A stretch of DNA of 64,000 bases from Octopus vulgaris (lineage: Eukaryota): NCBI GenBank assembly GCA_951406725.2, contig OX597819.1, positions 89,652,001 through 89,716,000 on the forward strand. Reading direction: 5' to 3'. The position numbers and the translations under genes are program-made. The notes below the pieces were generated by a model that searched no databases, had not been told where the DNA came from, and saw only the letters and a list, made by a program, of their open reading frames with translations. Positions 54,835 to 64,000 of this stretch are shown here, piece after piece. Each line of letters begins with the position of its first letter. The stretch's first letter is position 1.

Positions 54835-56538
54835 CTCGCCTCGTTTTGCATATTCTGTATAATTCACTAGTTATCGTTATAGATATTTTAAGATCTATCT
54901 CCCTTATAGAAATTGGCTGCCGATTCTTCGCGGGGTTTTTCTTTTCTCTTCCCTTCTCTCCCCCTCTTGTTACATTGTCGTCTGTCTGGACTCCTCTCTT
55001 CCTACCACCCGCCATGGCTATGCATACTTAAGCTAGTAAACTGCCTCATTCTTGATTCCGAATTCCTTTTGCCAAGTCTGTCCGTAAACGAAGTGATCTC
55101 AAGATAAGAAATCTTTGAACTTTAATTCATCCGTATCTCTATTTATTATTATTATTTATTAATTATTATTATTCTGATCCCCCTAGTCGCCACTCTGTTT
55201 ACTATTTCAGCCTCGCCTCGCCTCGTTTTGCATATTCTGTATAATTCACTAGTTATCGTTATAGATATTTTAAGATCTATCTCCCTTATAGAAATTGGCT
55301 GCCGATTCTTCGCGGCGCGCCCGCCCTACCCACCCCCACCACCAATACCGGATATCTCTATTTTGCTCCAACTATACCGGATGTCGTTTTCTCCCACCAC
55401 CATTATAGGTGTCTACTCTTTGAACCCCCTCTTCAATACGCTATTTCACCATGCATTACCCCTCTCTCGATATCCTACGTTCTACTTGCCTAGAACCTGT
55501 CCTCTGGACCACCCCTCCCACTGGTGCTCACCCCTCCCACTGGTGCTCCCCTATATTTCTGCATCCCCCCACCACCATTATAGGTGTCTACTCTTTGAAC
55601 CCCCCTCTTCAATACGCTATTTCACCATGCATTACCCCTCTCTCGATATCCTACGTTCTACTTGCCTAGAACCTGTCCTCTGAACCACCCCTCCCACTGG
55701 TGCTCCCCTATATTTCTGCACCCCCCACCACCATTATAGGTGTCTACTCTTTGAACCCCCTCTTCAATACGCTATTCACCATGCATTACCCCTCTCTCAA
55801 TATCCTACGTTCTACTTGCCTAGAACCTGTCCTCTGAACCACCCCTCCCACTGGTGCCCACCCCTCCCACTGGTGCTCCCCTATATTTCTGCATCCCCCC
55901 CACCACCATAATAGGTGTCTACTCTTTGAACCCCCCTCTTCAATACGCTATTTCACCATGCATTACCCCTCTCTCGATATCCTACGTTCTACTTGCCTAG
56001 AACCTGTCCCCTGAACCACCCCTCCCACTGGTGCTCTCCTATATTTCTGCACCCCCACCACCATTATAGGTGTCTACTCTTTGAACCCCCTCTTCAATAC
56101 GCTGCTCCCCTATATTTCTGCACCCCCCACCACCATTATAGGTGTCTACTCTTTGAACCCCCTCTTCAATACGCTATTTCACCATGCATTACCCTCTCTC
56201 TCGATATCCTACGTTCTACTTGACTAGTACCTGTCCTCTGAACCACCCCTCCCACTGGTGCTCCCCTATATTTCTGCACCCCCCCCATAAAAAGCACCAT
56301 CCGAACGTGGCCGATGCCAGACCCCTCTGGCACCTGTGCAGGTGGCACGTAAAAAACACCCACTACACTCGCGGAGTGGTTGGCGTTAGGAAGGGCATCC
56401 AGCTGTAGAAACACTGCCAGACTAGACTGGAGCCTGGGGCAGTCCCGAGCTCCCCAGACCCCGGTCGAAACCGTCCAACCCGTGCTAGCGCGGAAAACGG
56501 ACGTTAAACGATGATGATGATGATGATGATGATGATGA
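54835..56538 (+). mobile_element. Composite non-autonomous element 2: 99-bp partial plus one full 382-bp monomer, C-rich junction, VNTR body and RTE tail
   Basis: 54835-54933 repeats at 55217-55315. The junction reads CGCGG|CGCGCCCGCCCTACCCACCCCCACCACCAATACCGG. It is followed by ~160-180-bp tandem units (55390-56285) and an RTE 3' tail with (GAT)n. Flanks are TA-rich. Confidence 0.85.
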
Positions 56539-56579
56539 CATACATATATACAGACACATATAGACATACATATATATAT

Positions 56580-56690
56580 TATCATCATCATCATTGTTGT
56601 TTAAACTCCGCTTTCCATACTGGCATGGGTTGAACGGTTTGACTCAAGACTGGTGAGCCAGAAGGCTGCACCAGGCTCCAATCTGATCTG
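56580..56690 (-). mobile_element. Short RTE 3'-tail fragment
   Basis: Reverse complement of CAGATCAGATTGGAGCCTGGTGCAGCC...AACCCATGCCAGTATGGAAAGCGGAG...(GAT)n. Confidence 0.75.
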
Positions 56691-56797
56691 TATTTATATA
56701 TATATATATACATATATATATGTATATATGTGTGTATATATATATATGTGTGTGTGTGTGTATATACATATATATATACATACATATACATATATAC

Positions 56798-56922
56798 AGA
56801 GCGTAGGCTCGAAACGTTAAAGACTTGTTTTATTTATATTTCCTGAGCGCCATACTAATACAATTGTTCATTTGTTTTCCACCTGCCTTCGTCTTTTGTC
56901 TATTTTCATAAAGCTTCCCGTT
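56798..56922 (+). mobile_element. Penelope-like 3' end fragment truncated within the hammerhead
   Basis: AGAGCGTAGGCTCGAAACGTTAAAGAC...CTTCCCGTT is homologous to 51122-51237. Flanks are TA-rich. Confidence 0.75.
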
Positions 56923-56980
56923 ATATATATACATATATATATACACTAACATATATATATATACATATATATACATACAT

Positions 56981-57013
<33 letters not shown>

Positions 57014-57043
57014 CATACACACACACATATAAATACATACATA

Positions 57044-57075
<32 letters not shown>

Positions 57076-57343
57076 CACACACACAGACACACACGCACAT
57101 ATATATACATATACATATGTACGTACATACATACATAAGTGTGTATTTGTGTGTATGTTATATGAATATGTATGTATGTATGTGAAAGCATGTTTGTGAA
57201 TATGTATATTTGCAAATGTGTCAGGTTGCATGTATATGATTAGAGAAATAGAAAGAGAGAGAGGAAGCAGGTGGGAGAATGGGGTCAAAAAAGAAAGTGA
57301 GAGAACAAGATAGCTAGATGGATAGAGAGATAGATAGACAGAC

Positions 57344-57390
<47 letters not shown>

Positions 57391-57550
57391 GACAAACAGA
57401 GACAAAGAAGAATATATGGAGTCATACAAATGCTGATACATGTAAAACATCATAGCAAATATAGGTTTGATACAGTCTGCAGGACTGGGTTCAATCCTCT
57501 ATGACAGCAATGTTTTTTTCTATCCACTCCCAACCCCCACCAACACTCAC

Positions 57551-57731
57551 CACAGGAATTGATATATTCCTTTGGAATGGTGTTGCTGTCAAATACAAAT
57601 ACGACAAACTACAGTTATCTCTTATTATGTCCATCAGATGCAGTCAAAGTGGTGGCATTGGACATGGTGTATTGCTGTGCTGCTTACATCTAGATTGCAT
57701 ATAATGTGGTTGATGAAGCACTTTCGACCTC
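57551..57731 (-). other. Candidate 181-nt exon
   Basis: Branch-like CTAAT, acceptor CCTTTTCTGTCAG and donor G|GTGAGT on the minus strand. All three frames contain a stop. Confidence 0.3.
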
Positions 57732-57926
57732 CTGACAGAAAAGGAATTTCATTAGAAACACAGAGAAAAAAAAGAGTAAAAGAAAAAGAGTAAAACAAAA
57801 GACAAAACAATAACTGACAGATTAGACAGCATGAAGATAACATAAGTCTCTATAATTGCCTGTTTGTATAAATTGTACAGATTACCAGCTGTGCTTCTCC
57901 ATATAACAATATAAACACATACATAT

Positions 57927-57994
<68 letters not shown>

Positions 57995-58097
57995 CCACAC
58001 ACACATATGCATGTGTGTGTGTTTGTGTTTGTGTGTGTTTGTGTTTGTGTGTGTGTGTGTGTGAGTGTGTGTATCTGTCTATCTATATATCTATCTA

Positions 58098-59587
58098 TAT
58101 CATCATTTAATGTCTGCTTTCCATGCTAGCATAGGTTGGTTGGTTTGAGAGGAGCTGGCTAGGCAGAAGACTGCACCAAGCTTCACTGTCTGTTTTCACA
58201 TCGTTTTTATGACTGGGTGCCCTTTCTAACAGCAACCACTCCACAGAGAGGACTGAGTACTTTTTACATGGCACAAGCACAGGCGAGGTCAGTTTTGGCA
58301 TAGGTTTTACAGCTGGATGCCCTTCCAAATGCCAACCACTTTCCAGTGTGAACTGGATGCTTTTTACATGGCACCAGCACTGGCAGAGTCACCAAGTAAC
58401 TTGCAAGACAAAAATCCTTTGAGAGGAGAGGGGGAATTGGAGGAGGTGATCTTGTGCCAGGTGTGACAGAGAGACAAAAACAGATGTCTCGCAGTAGAGG
58501 AGAGAGAGAGAGGCAAGGAACAGGTGTATTGTTGTAAAGGAGATACATGGTTAACCAGTCAAAGGGAGAGAGCAAGAGAAAAAGAGAGTGAGAGAGAGAG
58601 GCAAGGAACAGGTGTGCTGTTGTAGAGGAAATACATGGTTAACCAGTCAGAGGTAGAGAGAGCAAGAGAAAGAGAGAGAGAGAGAGTGGAAGAGAGCAGG
58701 AGAGAGATGGTATTGAATGGCCAGGGTATGCTCACAAGCAATGGGGATCAGAATGTAAATGGGATGGGAGAGAAGAACAAGGGAGAGATAAATGATGGCA
58801 AATTGGAAGGGCACACCCTCAAGATACAGGGTCAGAATATAAATGGTAGAGAATTGCCATAAGTGGATAAGTAGGGAGTAGAGACTTCACATGAATGCAT
58901 AGAGTGTGTGTGTGTGGGGGGGGAATACAGTGACTGTTAAAACATGGACATATAGAGGGGGTGGGAGACAGCAGGATAGCAATAATATAGTGAGCAGGGC
59001 ACTGAGGACAGAGTTGGGGAGCAAGAGATAAGCATAAGCATGAAAAGAGGAAAAGTGAGGAAGAGGAGAGATGTAGTTTGGTTTGTGTGAAAAAAAGTTT
59101 TATTGTTGTTACATATGGAAGGAAACCTCAGTGCTTCTACAACTCAGTTTTGCTGAAGTGGGCAGGTGTTCTCAAGAACCTCATATCACCAGACATCTTG
59201 GTCCATTGCCATCTTCTCCATGAGGCCCACTTCATCCCATATCTTAGTCCTCTCCACTTCATCCCATGTCTTCCTGGGTCTCCCTCTTCCACAGGTGCCA
59301 GCCACTTTCAGAGATTGGCACTTCATTATTCAACTGTCTTCATTCATATCCATCACAAGTCCAAACTAACGTAGTCTTCTTTCTTGCATGTTACATCTAA
59401 TTCCTCTTACGCCCAACTTTTCTCTTATCACATTTGCACTGTCATACATGCACACTGATGTTGCACATCCAATGGAGCATACTACCTTCATTCATCTCTA
59501 GCCTACACAAGTTTTCTGCATTCAGAGCCCAGGTCTCACAACCATGGCGTATAGCCGTTTGTGCGATCTACCTTTCACTCTGAGAGA
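58098..59587 (-). mobile_element. Older RTE LINE 3' portion with a ~1-kb pyrimidine-rich 3' UTR
   Basis: Degenerate VAGTCGRGRPRKTWDEV motif near 59255-59305, with the stop near 59142. A C/T-rich UTR and duplicated RTE tail motifs end in (GAT)n at about 58100. Confidence 0.75.
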
Positions 59588-59887
59588 TTTGTTATTGTTT
59601 GTATTGTATTGTATTGTTATGTTTTTAAAAAATTTCAACATCAACATCAAATAAATTATTCATACATCCATCTTTGTCCATTTACTTTCTTTCATTGTTA
59701 ATTATATGTATTACTATAATAATCCCTAACATATTGCAGATATTTTCGCATTATATGATAGTGATTAACTAGTGGAATCCTTTGGTTTATATAATTCTTA
59801 ATGTGGATGTAACTTCCTCGAATTGACCATCCATCCATCCATCTATATCTATATCTATAGCTACATCTATCTATCTATCTATGTATC

Positions 59888-59957
<70 letters not shown>

Positions 59958-59998
59958 GTATCTATCTATCTATGTATCTATCTATCTATATATATTAT

Positions 59999-60030
<32 letters not shown>

Positions 60031-60791
60031 TATATATACATATATACATTCATATATGTACATACCTACATATATATGTATATATGCATGCATATATGGG
60101 TACAGGATATAAAAAAAAACGTTGACAAAATGTGAACCGAGAACATAAAAAACAAAAACCTAGAAAACGAACTTTTTTTTCCGAATAACGAAAGAAACAA
60201 ATAGAGAAATGAGACAGGCAACATAAAGAACATTCCCTTCATCAGTTGTCCTCTGTTTTATCTACTCCGCGTTTCGAAGGTAGGGACAAGATGTGACTTC
60301 GTTAAAACAGTCCTTACATATGTATATGTATATATGTACATGTGTGTGTGTGTATATATATATATATATACACACACATAATTAACAGCAATGGAAGCAG
60401 TATTAATAACAAAAAGCAATCTTTATATTCAACTTAATGTAGATGTTGTGTTAGGACATCGAATATTGCAGATGATTCTTGTCTACGAATGATATAAATA
60501 TGCATCATGCACAACAGTTGCACATGTCAATCAAGTTCATAAAAATTACGAGAAGGAGAGATGACAACAGGCACACCTGCTAAAGTCCAATATACACAGG
60601 GAAAGGGTTTGACTTAGCACCATTTACCTGAACACAAACGTTTGTACAGAAACATCACGACAACCAGAAGTTGCTCATTAATCCCAAATGCTGGCCAAAC
60701 CCTCCACAGCATATCCTGATGCATGTAGTCATATGCCTCATTGAGGCCTACAATGTAAGCATACACCTCTTAGCAATATTCCCATGATTTG

Positions 60792-61010
60792 AAGGTAGTG
60801 AGCTGGCAGAACTGTAAGCATGCAGGGTAAAATACTTAGTGGCATTTCATCTGTCTTTGGGTTCTGAGTTCAAATTCCACCAATGTTGACCTTGCCTGTC
60901 ATCCCTTTCAAGGTCAATAAAATAAGAATCAGTTGGACTCTGGGGTTAATGCACTTAACTTATCCCCTCTACTGGACTTGTCAACCTTGTGCCAAAGTTT
61001 GAAACCAACA
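60792..61010 (+). mobile_element. tRNA-derived SINE, full-length and degenerate
   Basis: A-box-like GAGCTGGCAGAA and B-box GAGTTCAAATTCC. The central and 3' parts are homologous to 53210-53350. Confidence 0.75.
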
Positions 61011-61019
61011 TTCCCATGA

Positions 61020-61800
61020 TTTCTTGAAGACCTGCCATAAAGTGAATATCTCATCAACTGTGCTGCATCCAGAACAAAAGCAACGCTGTTCTTCAGCTTG
61101 CTTGGGCTCACTAATTTCTCAACATCTCTTTTTCAGATGCCTTGCACAGACTTTACCAAGGAGGTGCAACAAGCGGATTCCTCCATATTTACAACACTCT
61201 CTATTGTCTCCCTTTTTAAAAATTGGGATCATCACCCTTGATTGCCATAACCTTGGTGTCTTTCCAGATGTCCAAGTCACTGACTCAGCCAGAGAATACT
61301 GTCTCTGTTTAATGTTTTAAAAAATCTCAGGACAAATTTCATCCTTTCCAGCAGCTTTACTACACTTGAATGCTTTAATCACCTCTATGATTTCAGCGTC
61401 TGTTAGGTCAGCCTTCACTCCTGGATGTACTTCATGCCCTCCAGAATATCATCTTTTGACCAGATTTAGGAGGTCAGTAAAGTATTCTCCCCACTCCTTA
61501 AGGATGCCCTTCTTTGTAGAGATAACCCCTGCTAAATGACAGATGTGAAAGAGGGCTTCTAGTTACAACGTTAGTAAATGATTTGCCAGAATACTTTATT
61601 GGCCAATCTTAAGTCAGATTCCAACTTAACTCCAGAGTCCTCTCATACCTTCATTTTGGGATGTTTTTACTGTCTCTTCTGCAACTTTTCACACCTCAGA
61701 GTACTGCATGTACAAAACAAGAGACTTGTTCCAAAGCCTAGCTTTATAAGCCTCCTTCTTTGCCCGCATGGCATCTTTAATTTCCTGGTTAAACCAGGGG
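61020..61800 (-). mobile_element. Decayed RTE-like RT fragment
   Basis: Manual translation gives KAAGKDEICPE and WQSRVMIPIFKKGDNRECCKYGGIRLL, with stops and frameshifts. Confidence 0.7.
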
Positions 61801-62180
61801 CTTTTTTTACTACCTAATGCTATGCCAAGCTGCTGTTGTCCACAGCATCATGCAGTCAAAGAAGAAACTGCTGAACTAAACAATCTTCACTCCATTTCGA
61901 CCTTTTCAGTTTGATCAGGATAAAAGACCCCTTTCAGTCATGAATGAATATGGGATTGCACTTAGTAAGTTACTCTCCAAGACACAAGTCTGGGCAAGAT
62001 TGTTTATGGAACATCAACAGTTGCCAGGATTCTTCAGTTGCAGACATCCACTAGGGACATAACAGCTGAATCTCACAGATGAGATGTCCTCTCAAGGTAA
62101 ATAATGCAGTATTCGATGTTCTAACACAACATCCACATTAAGTTCGATTGCCTTTTGGTATAATACTGCTTCCATCACTG

Positions 62181-62245
<65 letters not shown>

Positions 62246-62310
62246 CATATACATATATATATATATATATACATACGCACACACACTCATGTACATATAT
62301 ACATATACAT

Positions 62311-62363
<53 letters not shown>

Positions 62364-62636
62364 TAGATAGATAGATAGATAGATTGTCAATTCGAGGAAG
62401 TTAAGTCCACATTAAGGGTTATATAAACCAAAAGATTCCACTGGTTAATCACTATCATATAATGCAAAAATATCTGCAATATGTTAGGGATTATTATAGT
62501 AATACATATAATTAACAATGAAAGAAAGTAAATGGACAAAGATGGATGTATGAATAATTTATTTGTATGATATAAAAGATGTTGAAATTTTTTAAAAGCA
62601 TAACAATACAAAACAAATGTAAACAATAACAACAAT

Positions 62637-62955
62637 AACATGAGCACTCAGAGAGCGCAAACCTCCACCATGGCAACACCAACGTCCTCTTGATGATTAG
62701 CCAGAGAGGATATTTAAAATGAGAATATCTGAAATAAACATGACTGTTCTTACAAACAAGAACACTAAAATTGAACTCAATCGCTCTCAAAAATTAAGTA
62801 AAATAAACGCGGGAAAATTATCCAGAATCCTTGTCCGGTACTGGATTGATCCCAAAATCTAATGAGTTTATGGCAGTCATGAGGCCAGACATCTCTGAAA
62901 GTTTCATCCGAATCCATCCAACAGTTCTTGAGATATCTTGTCCGTGTTGGCAACA
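62637..62955 (+). mobile_element. Insertion resembling a non-autonomous Helentron/pearl-type element, 3'-truncated
   Basis: Absent from the inverted partner at about 59590. It starts ACATGAGCACTCAGAGAGCGCAAACCTCCACCATGG and contains AAAGTTTCATCCGAATCC...TTGAGATATC, typical of such elements. The family assignment is recalled, not tested. Confidence 0.45.
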
Positions 62956-62959
62956 AAAG

Positions 62960-63217
62960 GACTCTCTCACAGAGTGAAAGGTAGATTGCATGATGCTTGT
63001 GTATAAACGGCTATACGCCATGGTTTGAGACCTGGGCTCTGAATGCAGAAAACTTATGTAGGCTAGAGATGAATGAAGGTAGTATGCTCCATTGGATGTG
63101 CAACATCAGTGTGCATGTATGACAGTGCAAATGTGATGTGAGAAAAGTTGGGCATAAGAAGAATTAGATGTAACATGGAAGAAAGAAAACTACATTTGTC
63201 TGGACTTGTGATGCATG
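62960..63217 (+). mobile_element. RTE ORF fragment, inverted duplicate of 59350-59587
   Basis: Reverse-complement match including GAAGGTAGTATGCTCCATTGGATGTGCAACATCAGTGTGCATG. Confidence 0.85.
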
Positions 63218-63601
63218 TCCTCACCCTCTCTTCTTCTTCCTGTAAGGCCTCTTGGGCATTGACGCCACTGACCCTTTCTTTCCATTCACCTCATTCCCAC
63301 AAATCAAATAATTAGTTTCATCTTTCATTAAAGACTTATAATAGATCACCTTCCATGTAGAACTAGCAATGGAAAGTGTTCATTAGGTTGCAAGTGGTAC
63401 TACTTCATTCACATAATGATGAATGTTTGATAGCCTGGAATTAATGATCAGCAGTAAGCAATTTCTGATGATGCATTGTTACAATATGTACCTAGTTTGT
63501 TTATTTCATATTCCAAGCAGCTAAAAGGACTGTGGTTTAACCACGGGACCTAATTACACAGCAAGACTAAATATATATTTATTAAAGTGATGAGTAAGCT
63601 T

Positions 63602-63671
<70 letters not shown>

Positions 63672-64000
63672 TTATGAGAGAGATAAAAAGAGAGGAATGA
63701 GAAAGTAAAATATATTCACAACTCTACATTAGATGATGATCATGATGATATTAAAAATGATAATGCAGTGTGAATGATAACAACATTTATGACGTTGATG
63801 ATAACAATGATGATGACGACGACGATGATGATGATGACAATGTAGTCACATGATGTTAGTATATAAGTAACATATATCTATTCATTAATAATATATGAGA
63901 TAATAAGAAACCGTAGCTGTGTTAGTCAAAAATATAACAATTGTGTAAAGAGATAGTTTTTCCTTCTTTGTCTATTTATATCTATAAAATTATATATATT

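Noticed and set aside
60233-60290. Minus-strand CGAAACGCG … CTGATGAAGG as a hammerhead
   Set aside because: The motif order implies type II, but stems I and II do not pair convincingly.

Overview
Repeat-saturated eukaryotic, AT-rich window. The SINE, RTE and CR1 repertoire and the microsatellite load suggest a mollusc, probably an octopod cephalopod (inference). No confidently identifiable host gene is present, and nearly all long ORFs in the track are microsatellite or satellite artefacts. Bases 1-26 kb are a gappy scaffold (seven 100-N gaps) of kilobase (TA)n/(TG)n tracts. They hold at least five pieces of one young CR1-like LINE family that sits in (TA)n, two other CR1-like lineages, and a LINE-type ORF1 combining a Myb/trihelix domain with a CCCH finger behind a tandem-repeat 5' UTR. 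Bases 26-46 kb are a 39-copy array of a ~512-bp unit that runs directly into a C-rich body and an RTE-LINE 3' tail. A second element at 54.8-56.5 kb has the same junction, body and tail but an unrelated 382-bp monomer, so both appear to be one family of composite monomer-array/RTE-tailed retroelements. Bases 47-64 kb are older DNA with RTE fragments, tRNA-SINEs, Penelope-like remnants, an inverted duplication and candidate minus-strand exons. Hammerhead ribozyme motifs of the Penelope type occur at about 9.5, 51.1, 51.8 and 56.8 kb.
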